Below are positions 9,686 through 19,000 of a DNA stretch of 64,000 nucleotides, in pieces. This DNA comes from Gemmatimonas sp. GTDB lineage: Bacteria; Gemmatimonadota; Gemmatimonadetes; Gemmatimonadales; Gemmatimonadaceae. The notes under the pieces were generated by a model, which saw only the letters and a list, made by a program, of their open reading frames with translations, was not told the origin of the DNA and searched no databases. The position numbers were made by a program, and so were the translations under genes. Position 1 is the first letter of the stretch; every line of letters begins with the position of its first letter. The stretch covers positions 1-64,000 of the forward strand of contig OZ257156.1 of the NCBI GenBank assembly GCA_965279375.1, given 5' to 3'.

Positions 9686-10149
9686 GTGCCGAACAGCTGA
9701 AGGACACCGCAGCCATGCCTGTCGTCGGAAAGCCACCAAGCGTGGTGAAGGTGACGTGGGCCGGTGAACACCGCTTCGATGCCGGCGTGGCCGCCGGCGG
9801 CCCCACCATTCGCATGGACGCCAGTCGCCAGACCGGCCCCTCTCCCGTGGACGTGCTGCTCAGCGCACTTGGCGGCTGCACGGCTGTGGACGTGGTGGAC
9901 ATTCTCGCCAAGCGCCGCACGCCCGTGTCGTCGCTGAGCGTGGAAGTCACAGGCGAACGCGCGCCTGTCACGCCGGCACGCATCATCAAGGCGACGCTCG
10001 TCTATCACATCGAGGGCGCCGAGGTCGACCGCGTTCACGCCGAACGCGCGATCGACCTCGCCATCACGAAGTACTGTTCAGTGCGCGACTCGCTCGATCC
10101 GAACCTGCCGATCGAGTGGACGCTGGTGCTCAACGGCGCGACGGCCTAG
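9682..10149 (+). CDS. OsmC family protein (YhfA-like)
   Basis: [20 protein letters not shown] and KYCSV. ATGA overlap with the rhodanese stop. Confidence 0.9.
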   Translation: MSAEQLKDTAAMPVVGKPPSVVKVTWAGEHRFDAGVAAGGPTIRMDASRQTGPSPVDVLLSALGGCTAVDVVDILAKRRTPVSSLSVEVTGERAPVTPARIIKATLVYHIEGAEVDRVHAERAIDLAITKYCSVRDSLDPNLPIEWTLVLNGATA

Positions 10150-10180
10150 CCACCGTCACGCCGCTGGTGGCAATGCCGCG

Positions 10181-10969
10181 TTAGGGTCTGGCTTCGAGCG
10201 TCTTGCTCAGCCAGGCCAGCGCGCGTGGATCGTTGGAGCGCGACAACCAGAAGATCGCCGTCTTGCGGAGCTCGCGATCCGGAAGCGTCTCCGCCATGCG
10301 CAGCAGATTGGGCACCGCCTCGTCGACAGGACGCCGAGAGATCGCGAAGATCGCCTGCTTGCGCACCTCGCGATCACCCGCCTCGTAGGCAATCGAATCG
10401 AGCGAGGCGGTGGCCTTGTCACCCGCGTACTCCCCCAGCCAGAACACTGCCTGATTGCGAACTTCGCGCGGCCGATCCGTGTTCTTCGCAATGCGCAGAA
10501 ACGCAGGCCAAGCCGCCACCGAATCGGTAATCGTCAGCGCGTGCAGTGCGTCACGTGCCGGTCGCTCCGCGCCGCGCTCCGCCTGCGTCAGCAACCAGCG
10601 TCCGGCCTCGGCGGCCGACACAGACCCCAGGTCGGTGACGCCGGTATCCGCGCGCCAACGTCCACCCACGGACGTTCGCAACTCGGTGCTTACCCCGTTC
10701 GCCCGCACCACCACCAGCCGCACGGGTCCCGCGTCACACGCGTACTCCACGTCGCGTGAGCCACTCCAGTTGTTGTACGTGGTACCGCCTGCGGTGCGCG
10801 TGCGCATCCAGCCATTGCCGTTGCCGCACACACCCTCGCGTGCCCCGAACGACATGCGCACCACACCGTCGCGTACGGCGTCGATACGTCGCTCGATCGA
10901 ACTCTGGGCCGCGCTCGTCGTTAGTGCCGGCAACATCGCGAGCGCGGCGATCATGACGGGACGGATCAT
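10181..10969 (-). CDS. Exported HEAT-repeat protein
   Basis: Signal peptide (SAAQ), Cys-containing N-domain, three repeats VRNQAVFWL / VRKQAIFAI / LRKTAIFWL. Confidence 0.85.
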   Translation of the reverse strand: MIRPVMIAALAMLPALTTSAAQSSIERRIDAVRDGVVRMSFGAREGVCGNGNGWMRTRTAGGTTYNNWSGSRDVEYACDAGPVRLVVVRANGVSTELRTSVGGRWRADTGVTDLGSVSAAEAGRWLLTQAERGAERPARDALHALTITDSVAAWPAFLRIAKNTDRPREVRNQAVFWLGEYAGDKATASLDSIAYEAGDREVRKQAIFAISRRPVDEAVPNLLRMAETLPDRELRKTAIFWLSRSNDPRALAWLSKTLEARP

Positions 10970-12780
10970 CGCTCGATGATCTCCTGCAGGAATTGCAGCG
11001 CGCGCGGATCCTTGCTGCGCGACAGCTGCGAGATCGCCTGACGACGCAAGTTCAGATTCTTCTCGGCGCGCGCAATCTTGAGCAGCGGCTCGATGTCCTC
11101 GTTGCGACTTTGCGAGCCAAGTTGCGAGAGCAGCATCTGCTTGAGCTCCGTCTCGCTGGTACGCTCGTAGAGCGCACCGATCTCGGACGAACTCACACCC
11201 ATGACGGAGAAGAGTCCGACCACGTTGCGACGCGTTTCCATCGATTCCTTGGAGTTCTGCGCGATCGACATCATGAACTCGCGCGACGCTTCTGACTTCC
11301 GCTGCGCAATGAGGTACATGACACGCTGCCGGAACCGCGGCTCATCGGCCTTGCCGTAGACGTCTTTCAGGAACGGCATCGGATCTTCCATCGACTTGCC
11401 CGGCCCCGACATGTACCACTGCAGTGCATCGCCGCGCAGCTCTTCCGGGGCGTTGGCGTCTGCGGCGATCTCCCGGAGCGTGCCGGCGGCCTTGGCAGAC
11501 TTCGAGCGAGAGAGCGCATACACCGCTCGCTTGCGCAGATCGAGATCGCCGTTGCCCTTGGCGAGGTCCACCAGCATGCCCGCGGCTTCTTCCGTGGGCA
11601 CATTCGAGAGCCAGAACACGGCCTGCTCGCGAACCTCCTTGTCCGGGTCGGTCTTGGCGACGTTCATCAGCACGTCTGCTGCATCAGGCGCCTTTCGGGA
11701 CGCGATCAGATAGACGGCGGTGCGACGCATGTTCTGTGTGCATGGCTCGCGGCGCGCCAACACCTTCCTCAGAATGGGCAGCGCGCGTTCGGCATCCACC
11801 TGAATCAAGGCGTTGAGCGCATCCACGCGCTCATCGTCCGACTGCTTGGGGCAGCCGTCATTCGACGCACTTTCTGCGCGACCGTACAGCGTCGCCGCGG
11901 CCGACGCATCGCCGCGTCGAGCGAGCGCACCTTCCACCCGTGTCGCCAACGCTGATGCATCGGTGCGGGTCGGCGCCTTGGGGAACTGACGCTCCTGCCA
12001 GGCGAGCGCTTCCTGAGCCGCGCGCAGGTCGCTCGGCGTTCCGAGGCGCTGCAAGGCGAATGCTTCCCAGTATGGTGCGTCGGGCGTGTACGTCGACTTC
12101 GGATATTGATCGCGAATTCGACGGAACAGCTCTGCCGCGCGACGATACGAATCGTTCGAGAGTGCCTTGCGCGCTTCACGATAGAGCGAGTCCGCCGGAT
12201 CCTCGGCGTTCCATGCCTCCGGCGCTTCCGTGCGGTACCGCGCGGCCGTCGTGCTGAGACCGCGTGAGATCCCGCTCGCGATCTGCGCGTCCATCCAGCG
12301 CGAGTCGGCACCGAGTTGAGCGATGTCGGCGAGACGACCAGCGTCGAGGGAACTCATCGTGGCGGCGAGCGCCGCGGACGCGCTCGAAAGCGATGCGTTG
12401 AGCTCCGTCGTCGCGAACGTCTGCGCAAAGGCGATCGAAGGCGCAGCAGCATGCATGGCCTGATCAATCGCGAAGCTCATGTCGCTCGAGAGCGTCGTGG
12501 CCATCGCCGGTGCGATCGCCGACAGCGATTCTAGGCGTGCAAGGCCTTCAAAGAGACCTGCGGGCTCAGAACGCGAGCCGCGAGCTGGTGCCTCGGCGCG
12601 CGGCGGGGCCGACGGACGTGGCGCCGGAGGCGTGCGAGGCGTGGCTGGTCGCGGCTCCGTCGGACGAGGTGCGACAGGGCGCGTCTGCGCGTCGAGCGCG
12701 CGGCGCGTCAGTGGCGTGAACGTGGTCGCTGCCGCAGCAGCCAGCAGCCATGACAGTCGAACAGTGCGGGCGATCGTCAT
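10966..12780 (-). CDS. Exported TPR-like plus HEAT-repeat protein
   Basis: Signal peptide, Pro/Ala-rich linker, BamD/TPR-like segment (YREARKAL..YPKSTYTPDAPYW), then many HEAT repeats (VREQAVFWLS, LRKRAVYALS, LRRQAISQLS). Confidence 0.85.
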   Translation of the reverse strand: MTIARTVRLSWLLAAAAATTFTPLTRRALDAQTRPVAPRPTEPRPATPRTPPAPRPSAPPRAEAPARGSRSEPAGLFEGLARLESLSAIAPAMATTLSSDMSFAIDQAMHAAAPSIAFAQTFATTELNASLSSASAALAATMSSLDAGRLADIAQLGADSRWMDAQIASGISRGLSTTAARYRTEAPEAWNAEDPADSLYREARKALSNDSYRRAAELFRRIRDQYPKSTYTPDAPYWEAFALQRLGTPSDLRAAQEALAWQERQFPKAPTRTDASALATRVEGALARRGDASAAATLYGRAESASNDGCPKQSDDERVDALNALIQVDAERALPILRKVLARREPCTQNMRRTAVYLIASRKAPDAADVLMNVAKTDPDKEVREQAVFWLSNVPTEEAAGMLVDLAKGNGDLDLRKRAVYALSRSKSAKAAGTLREIAADANAPEELRGDALQWYMSGPGKSMEDPMPFLKDVYGKADEPRFRQRVMYLIAQRKSEASREFMMSIAQNSKESMETRRNVVGLFSVMGVSSSEIGALYERTSETELKQMLLSQLGSQSRNEDIEPLLKIARAEKNLNLRRQAISQLSRSKDPRALQFLQEIIER

Positions 12781-13502
12781 TCGTCGTCTCCGAGAGTGGT
12801 CATCTCATCCCGACGCGCGGAGGCCGTGACAATGGCTCGAACACGCGGCAGAAGATTGGTTTCGCGCATGGTCTCGGTGGGCGCGCGCCGAGCTTCCGGC
12901 GCATCGGTTCCGCGAGACTGGATGATCTGCATCAGTACAAGCTCCAGGTCCTGCAACAGGCGACGCGTGCGATCATCCCGCAGCGTTGGTTCATCGAGCA
13001 GCAGCCGTGTCGTCATCAGCAGTTCGCGAGCCCACGACGACACATCGGGCGTCGCTCCCTGCAGTCCATCGCGATCGCGTACCGTCGTCAGCAGCGCCAC
13101 CGTGCGCACAAGGTGCTCCTGCATCGCCACGCGAGTTGGCGAGGCAAGTGAATCCACCCCCAGCGCCGTCGGCGCGATGACCGCCGTCGGCTGTCGCGTC
13201 GTGTAGCGACCGATGCCGATACCGGCCACGAGTACTGCAGCAATCGCCGCCACGTTGCGCCACACCCGAGGCGTTCCCGCAACTGCGTGCCGCATTGGCG
13301 TGACGGAGGTCGGCGTCACCGCGACGACGGCGGTCGCACGTGCGGTCTGAATCCGCTTCCACATCATCTCGCGCGGTACCTCGATCTCATCGGAGGCATC
13401 GTGCGTGCTGTTCACAGCCAGGTCGAGCATCCACGGATCGAGTGGCAGCTCATCGGTGCTCCCAGCGGAGGCGTTGTGCAACGGTTCTTCCGGCTTGGTC
13501 AT
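12777..13502 (-). CDS. Putative transmembrane anti-sigma factor
   Basis: ATGA-coupled to the ECF sigma; single TM (WRNVAAIAAVLVAGIGIGR); helical extracytoplasmic domain (LLQDLELVLMQI). Confidence 0.75.
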   Translation of the reverse strand: MTKPEEPLHNASAGSTDELPLDPWMLDLAVNSTHDASDEIEVPREMMWKRIQTARATAVVAVTPTSVTPMRHAVAGTPRVWRNVAAIAAVLVAGIGIGRYTTRQPTAVIAPTALGVDSLASPTRVAMQEHLVRTVALLTTVRDRDGLQGATPDVSSWARELLMTTRLLLDEPTLRDDRTRRLLQDLELVLMQIIQSRGTDAPEARRAPTETMRETNLLPRVRAIVTASARRDEMTTLGDDE

Positions 13503-14041
13503 GCGAGTTCTCTCCGTGCGAACGGCGCGAGCGCCGAGCGCAGCTTCTCACGTGCACGAGAGAGTTGCGACTTGCTGGTGCCAACGGCGACACCGAGTGC
13601 GTCACTGATCTCTTCATGCGTAAAACCTTCAACGTCGTGCAGCACGAACACGCGACGCGTGCCCTCCGGCAACGCGGCAATCGCACTGCGCATACGGGAC
13701 TTCAGATCGGGTTCTCCTTCGACAGGCCACCGGCCCACCAGAGCCGCGTCCTCGAGCGGCGCAACTCTGGCATCTCGGCGCTTCTGTGTCCGGAGTCCAT
13801 TCAGCGTGATCGACACCGCGATGGCGTGCAGCCAACTCGACAGCGCGGACTCTCCCCGGAACTGTCCGATCCGCTCGAAGGCGCGGACGAACGTGTCCTG
13901 TGTCCAGTCCTGTGCGAGATCGGCACGGCCACTCATCCGATAGATGAGTCGATACACACGATCGACGTGACGGTCGTAGAACTCGCGTTCTGCGATCGTG
14001 TCGTTCGTCTGCAGTCGGGCGAGCAGCTCCGCATCACTCAC
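13499..14041 (-). CDS. ECF sigma-70 family RNA polymerase sigma factor
   Basis: Region 2 AQDWTQDTFVRAF..FRGESALSSWLHAIA; region 4 VFVLHDVEGFTHEEI..GTSKSQLSRAR. Confidence 0.95.
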   Translation of the reverse strand: MSDAELLARLQTNDTIAEREFYDRHVDRVYRLIYRMSGRADLAQDWTQDTFVRAFERIGQFRGESALSSWLHAIAVSITLNGLRTQKRRDARVAPLEDAALVGRWPVEGEPDLKSRMRSAIAALPEGTRRVFVLHDVEGFTHEEISDALGVAVGTSKSQLSRAREKLRSALAPFARRELA

Positions 14042-14095
14042 GGTCGCGCCGCCGGGTGCCGGTCAGGGTGTTGTGCGCATGCATGTGCAGTCCAA

Positions 14096-14123
14096 TGACA
14101 GCAGCACCGACGAAACGGTTGCA
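14096..14123 (-). promoter_or_regulatory. Candidate ECF-type (autoregulatory) promoter
   Basis: Minus strand TGCAACC-N16-TGTCA about 55 nt upstream of the sigma GTG. Confidence 0.45.
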
Positions 14124-14247
14124 TGGCCGGGCGAACGCCCCCCGTTCGCATGAATGCCCCAGTGCTGGGCCGCCGTGTCCCGCCCGCCGGGGCGCGCTGT
14201 GGACCACGGCGAGAGGAGGCGATACGAGGCGTCGCTACAAGGAGGAA

Positions 14248-14925
14248 CTACAGGGCGGCGTCGCTTCGCGGTACGGCGACGTGCTCGCTGCGGGCGGCAA
14301 CGGGAATCGGCTGAGCGACCCCGGCGCCCAAGGCGCGGCCGTTGTTGGACTCGCTGAACACTTTGGTGATGAAGCGCTGGCCCTCGCCAATGCGCTCGAC
14401 TTCGAGGCCGATGGACTCCACCGCCTCGCCGAGCTGATTGAGCTTGTCCTGCACCTCGCGTGGCACCGGGGCGATGACGGTCGCGCCTCGCTTCCAGATG
14501 CGCCGCGCGTAGGCGATGGCGATCGGCATCAGGACGGCGATCGTGAAGACGATCGGGATGGCGACGATCTCGTCGGGCGGGCCGCTGCGCTGCACCGGGG
14601 GCCGCTCCACAATCGCGCCGGGAATGGATGCAGCTTTGGCGACGGCGGCATCGGCGGCAGCGAGTTGCTGATCCACGTTGGCGATGCGCGCGTCGAGCTC
14701 CCTGATCCGTGCGAGCACCCCTTCATTGGCCACCGGCGGGCCGTTGTCCCGGTTGTCTCGATTGAGCTCATTGCGCAAATCATTGCGCTTGTCTTCGAGC
14801 GACTCGAGCTGGTTGCGCAGCTCCTGTCGCTGGTTCTTCGTCGCGGTGTAGACGTCCGCGGCGCTGGCGCTGCGCGTGAGCTGCGCGACTTCCTGAGCCG
14901 ATACGGCGGCGGGCTGTTCCTGCAT
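14248..14925 (-). CDS. Hypothetical membrane protein (coiled coil - TM - coiled coil)
   Basis: Heptad-rich segments flank one TM; C-terminal AVESIGLEVERIGEGQRF motif. Confidence 0.8.
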   Translation of the reverse strand: MQEQPAAVSAQEVAQLTRSASAADVYTATKNQRQELRNQLESLEDKRNDLRNELNRDNRDNGPPVANEGVLARIRELDARIANVDQQLAAADAAVAKAASIPGAIVERPPVQRSGPPDEIVAIPIVFTIAVLMPIAIAYARRIWKRGATVIAPVPREVQDKLNQLGEAVESIGLEVERIGEGQRFITKVFSESNNGRALGAGVAQPIPVAARSEHVAVPRSDAAL

Positions 14926-14982
14926 GCCTGTTTCCTGGCGAAGACGCGAAATTTCGCCGCGGTGCGGCGTCGATGCTGTGCG

Positions 14983-15009
14983 TACGGGCGGCTCCGACGG
15001 AGCGTTTCA
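14983..15009 (-). promoter_or_regulatory. SigW-like ECF promoter
   Basis: Minus strand TGAAAC-N17-CGTA, 57 nt upstream of the 14925 start. Confidence 0.55.
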
Positions 15010-15066
15010 CACACCGCGCGAAAATATAGGGACCTCCGCGCGCCTCGCGCCGAGGGGGCCTTGTTA

Positions 15067-15090
15067 TTGCGACTAAGTTGTCAGTCGCAA
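15067..15090. promoter_or_regulatory. Palindromic operator upstream of the ZIP transporter
   Basis: Perfect inverted repeat TTGCGACT-N8-AGTCGCAA in an AT-rich patch, 17 nt before GTG 15108. Confidence 0.6.
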
Positions 15091-15107
15091 CCTCTTTCCG
15101 GTCCGCT

Positions 15108-15947
15108 GTGAGTCCAACGTCCGCCACAATTCTTGCCGTGACCGCGGTGTCGGGTCTGCCGCTGCTGGTCACGCTGCTGCTGGCGAGACAGGAGCGGCTG
15201 CTTCGTGGTGTGCTGCCGCAACTCACGGCGTTCGGCGCCGGCGCGGTTTTCGGCGCGGCCGTTGGCCATCTCATCCCCGAGGCGCTGCAGGCAGGACAAT
15301 CGCCGACGCTGGTGGTTGTCGGGGTCGCCGCCGGATTCGTGCTCTTCTGGATGATCGAACGCGGTCTCGCAGGCCATGATCACGCACACGCACACGGAGT
15401 CGTGCTCGGCGCTCCATCGGCGCACGAAAGCGACAGCAGCGAGGCAGCGTGCGTCCACCTGCACCCCACGCCGCACGAGCATTCGGCCGCCGTCGCGCGC
15501 TCCAACGCGTTGGTACCAATGACGTTCGCCGGCGATGCCGCGCACAATCTGGTCGATGGCGTGCTCATCGCGGCGGGATTCATGACGAACAGCTCAGTCG
15601 GCACGATGACGCTGCTCGCGGTGGCGCTGCACGAACTGCCGCGCGAGGTCGGGACGTTCAGCTTGTTCGTGCACGGTGGCATTCGCCCCATGCGCGCCGT
15701 GCTGTTCAACTTGCTGACGGCGCTGGTGGCGATGGCGGGCGCCATGGCCACACTCATTCTGGGCAGCCGGGTCGCGGATCTGGTCCTGTATCTGCTGCCG
15801 GTGGCCGCTGGAACGTATCTCTATATTTCCGTTGTTGTTACGCGTGCATCCCTGCACGACCGGCACGAAGACCCCGCCCATTTCGGGCGCCTCGCGTGGA
15901 CGGGAGCCGGCGCGGCAGCAATGGTAGCCGCCGCCGTCTGGGGCTGA
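15108..15947 (+). CDS. ZIP family metal (Zn/Fe/Mn) transporter
   Basis: HLIPEA, His-rich loop HDHAHAH, GDAAHNLVDG, HELPREVG and AAGTYLYIS motifs. Start moved to GTG 15108. Confidence 0.92.
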   Translation: MSPTSATILAVTAVSGLPLLVTLLLARQERLLRGVLPQLTAFGAGAVFGAAVGHLIPEALQAGQSPTLVVVGVAAGFVLFWMIERGLAGHDHAHAHGVVLGAPSAHESDSSEAACVHLHPTPHEHSAAVARSNALVPMTFAGDAAHNLVDGVLIAAGFMTNSSVGTMTLLAVALHELPREVGTFSLFVHGGIRPMRAVLFNLLTALVAMAGAMATLILGSRVADLVLYLLPVAAGTYLYISVVVTRASLHDRHEDPAHFGRLAWTGAGAAAMVAAAVWG

Positions 15948-16085
15948 GTCGCCTACGCGTCGCACCTTGACCTGCGCCTCGGGCTGGGACATTCATTCGT
16001 GCTACGCTCGTCGCACGCTTGCGCGCGATCGAGCCCCCTATCACGCGCTTCCGCCGGCAATGGCAGCGCAAGCTGGAGAAGCAAG

Positions 16086-16331
16086 ATGGCCCGAGAAGGC
16101 ATTCACCCCCCGTACCACCCGGTCGTGTTCAAGGATGCGTCTACCGGCACCACGGTGATCACGCGCTCCACGATGACCAGCGAGCAGAAGATCAAGATGG
16201 AAGACGGGAACGAGTATCCCCTCATCCTCCTCGAAATCACGGCCGACTCGCACCCGTTCTACACCGGCACGCAGCGCCTCATCGACACGCAGGGTCGCGT
16301 CGACAAGTTCAAGAAGCGCTACAACCGCTAA
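16086..16331 (+). CDS. rpmE2: 50S ribosomal protein L31 type B (Cys-free)
   Basis: [15 protein letters not shown]...[18 protein letters not shown]...[10 protein letters not shown]; no CxC/CxxC zinc ligands. Confidence 0.95.
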   Translation: MAREGIHPPYHPVVFKDASTGTTVITRSTMTSEQKIKMEDGNEYPLILLEITADSHPFYTGTQRLIDTQGRVDKFKKRYNR

Positions 16332-16340
16332 GACACGGCG

Positions 16341-17189
16341 CTATTCGCCCGGCGGTGCGGTTCCGGTCAAAACGCCGGTCACAGCCAGCACCGCAAAGGC
16401 GAGCGCCAGTTCGAATCGAATAGCAGTCACCGACGGCGCGTGCTCCCTGAGTACGCGCCGTCGGTGCATCTGACCGAGCCCCAGCATCACCAGCACCAGA
16501 CCGAGCTTGATCAGAAGCAATTGACCATACTCCGCCGTGACCAGCGACGAGAGTGGCGGCAGCATGAACTCGCCGGCGTCTCCGACTTGAGCAGCCGTGA
16601 CGCGCCGCCATCCAGACAGGAGCCCCGTGACCACGGCCACCGGTGCCGCGATCGTGGCCACCCGGCTGAAGCCGGGCCAGTAATTCTCAGCGCCGTCGGG
16701 CGAGGTCGAGGCCGACGCGCGTCGCGAGTACCACGCGACGAGTCCCAGTCCGCCGATCCACGCGCCGGTCGCGAGCAGGTGCACCGCATCCACAGCGCGC
16801 ACCAGCACCGGATACTGGTCGTCGGCCGCCGCGTGTCCGAGTCCTCCCATCGCGACAGCGAGCCCCGCCGCCAGCAGTAACGCGACGAGACGCGACACTC
16901 TCCGCACGCTCGCAGCCGCCCCGGCTAACACGACGCCGGCCAACACGCACCAGTGCCGCCCCCACGTGGTGCCCAGCAGCAGCGATCGCCACGCGTCCAC
17001 GTTGGGCTCGAGCTCCATGTCCCGCGCCTGCAGTAGCAGCAGGGATAGCACCGCGGTGACCAGGAGCGACCATGCAGCCAGACGTGTTTGCCGCTGTTCG
17101 ACGGCTCGCCGCCCGAGCGCCGCCTCGCCGACGACCGTCATCGCACCGAGGTAGAGCAGCAGGCGCGCGATGGCAGCGCCGGAAATCAC
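16341..17189 (-). CDS. copD: CopD family copper resistance/uptake membrane protein
   Basis: GTTWGR, GHAAA, VHLLATGAWIGGL, FSRVA and YGQLLLIKL motifs; directly follows copC. Confidence 0.85.
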   Translation of the reverse strand: MISGAAIARLLLYLGAMTVVGEAALGRRAVEQRQTRLAAWSLLVTAVLSLLLLQARDMELEPNVDAWRSLLLGTTWGRHWCVLAGVVLAGAAASVRRVSRLVALLLAAGLAVAMGGLGHAAADDQYPVLVRAVDAVHLLATGAWIGGLGLVAWYSRRASASTSPDGAENYWPGFSRVATIAAPVAVVTGLLSGWRRVTAAQVGDAGEFMLPPLSSLVTAEYGQLLLIKLGLVLVMLGLGQMHRRRVLREHAPSVTAIRFELALAFAVLAVTGVLTGTAPPGE

Positions 17190-17576
17190 TTATCGGGCCG
17201 CACCGACACGGAAGGCGAAGGTGCCCTTCACCACATGTCCGTCCTTGGACATCGCTTTCCAGGCCACGCGATACCCACCGTTGGCAAGCGGCGCGGAGAG
17301 CTTCGCGACCAGCGGGGCGGTCTTGGCTGCGTCGCGCGTGATCGGCGACAGAGGAATCGACGCGCCGGCTTCGGTGGTCAGCGCGACCGTCGAACCGGCT
17401 GCTTCCGCTGGTTCGGAGAGCCAGAGGCGCACTGCATCGGGTGACGTGGGGAGCGTGGCCGACGCGATCGGCGACGACTTGAGCAACCGCAGGTGACGCA
17501 CGGCCGCGTGCGCCACCGACACACCGACGGTCGTGACGAGGGCGAGAACGCCGAGGGAACGCAGGGCACGATGCAT
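17190..17576 (-). CDS. copC: CopC periplasmic copper-binding protein
   Basis: Signal peptide, HLRLLKSSP, YRVAWKAMSKDGHVVKGTFAF. Confidence 0.9.
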   Translation of the reverse strand: MHRALRSLGVLALVTTVGVSVAHAAVRHLRLLKSSPIASATLPTSPDAVRLWLSEPAEAAGSTVALTTEAGASIPLSPITRDAAKTAPLVAKLSAPLANGGYRVAWKAMSKDGHVVKGTFAFRVGAAR

Positions 17577-17769
17577 GAGTACTCGATCCGGTGAGAACGT
17601 GACGGCAGGACTGCGCTGGAGAATCGTGCTCGGCCCGCCAAAACGCCAACGGCATGTCGAAGTCCGAGTGATTCCAATTTTCGCATGAGTCGTCACTATA
17701 TTGGATTTGCTCCACCACGAGTGCCCCCGCACCGTGCATTATTCCCCTCCTTATACGGAGTCGTTCGAC

Positions 17770-18216
17770 ATGCGCAAGTTCATCGCGGGCCTGACGGCCG
17801 CGACCCTGTTGGCCCTGCCGTCGGTCGTGCACGCCCAGAAGGCCAAGACCGGCCCCGAAGTGTTCGCGACTTGCACCGCGTGCCATCAGGCGACGGGCCT
17901 TGGCCTGCCGGGCGCGTTTCCGCCGTTGGCTGGTTCGGAGTGGGTCAATGGCAAGCCGGAAGTGCCCATCGCCATCGTCCTGCACGGCATGCAGGGTGAG
18001 ATCACCGTCAAGGGCACGAAGTACAACGGCATGATGATGCCGTGGGGCACGACGTTCAACGACCAGGAAGTCGCCAACGTCGTCACCTACATCCGTTCGC
18101 AGTGGGGCAACAAGGCGCCGGCCGTGACGGCCGCGCAGGTGACCGCCGTGCGCACGGCGACAAAGGCCCGCAAGACGCAGTGGACGGCCGCTGAGCTGAA
18201 GAAGCAGTACCCGTAA
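17770..18216 (+). CDS. Exported monoheme cytochrome c (c552-like)
   Basis: Signal peptide, CTACH, FPPLAGSEWV, YNGMMMP axial Met region, TYIRSQWGN. Confidence 0.92.
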   Translation: MRKFIAGLTAATLLALPSVVHAQKAKTGPEVFATCTACHQATGLGLPGAFPPLAGSEWVNGKPEVPIAIVLHGMQGEITVKGTKYNGMMMPWGTTFNDQEVANVVTYIRSQWGNKAPAVTAAQVTAVRTATKARKTQWTAAELKKQYP

Positions 18217-18233
18217 GCGCTTCCGCTCTCTCT

Positions 18234-18272
18234 CGACAGCCTCGGTGCGCCACGCGCGCACCGGGGCTGTCG
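18234..18272. terminator. GC-rich hairpin between convergent genes
   Basis: CGACAGCCTCGGTGCGC-N5-GCGCACCGGGGCTGTCG, 17-bp stem with one G-U pair; no U tract. Confidence 0.55.
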
Positions 18273-18277
18273 TGCGT

Positions 18278-18937
18278 TCAGGCCACGATGCGAAAGCGCT
18301 GGGCCAGTAACTGCCCAACGCCCCAGCCCAGCACTGCGGCCGCCGCCGTGTCGCTCAGGAAGTGCGCATTGGCCATCACGCGCGTGAGTGCGCAGCCAAG
18401 CGCGAGCAAGTACCACAGCACCCAAGCCCGCGGAAACAGCCTCGCCAACGCCACCGCGCCAGCGAACGCGACGAGCGTGTGACTGCTCGGCATGCCGAGC
18501 CCGCCCGTCGAAAACGGATGGTCGCTGAACGCACGGAAGTTGTATGCGAACACGTCGGCATCCGGACGGAGGCGACGCACCAGCAGCTTGAGCAGCTCGG
18601 CGAGTGCGCCGCCGAGGATCGGGCTGAGGATCACATAGCCGCCGCGCTTTGCCCAGCCGGCACTCGGCCGATCGTGGGTCCAGAGTCCGATGGCGACGAT
18701 CAGCCAAGTGGGCAGGTAGCCCATCGAGCGCAGCAGACGACCCCAATCCCGCTCGTAGACGCGCGGATCGCGCAGCAGCCGCCACGCCGGCTCATCGAGC
18801 AGATGCGCGACCAGCACCACGGCGACGGCGATCGCCACGAAAATGAACCAGCGCCGCGCCGATGGCGCCGACGAAAATTCGGGACCGGTGACGAGTGGAT
18901 CGGTCGGAGTCGCCGTCGCGTGTCGAGTTGCCGTCAT
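18278..18937 (-). CDS. PAP2 family membrane phosphatase
   Basis: KLLVRRLRP, MPSSHT and TRVMANAHFLSD catalytic motifs. Confidence 0.92.
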   Translation of the reverse strand: MTATRHATATPTDPLVTGPEFSSAPSARRWFIFVAIAVAVVLVAHLLDEPAWRLLRDPRVYERDWGRLLRSMGYLPTWLIVAIGLWTHDRPSAGWAKRGGYVILSPILGGALAELLKLLVRRLRPDADVFAYNFRAFSDHPFSTGGLGMPSSHTLVAFAGAVALARLFPRAWVLWYLLALGCALTRVMANAHFLSDTAAAAVLGWGVGQLLAQRFRIVA

Positions 18938-19000
18938 CGCGCAGAAATCAAAGGGCGCGCGGCCCTGCACGCCACCGGAGAGCGACGGCATATTTGGACG

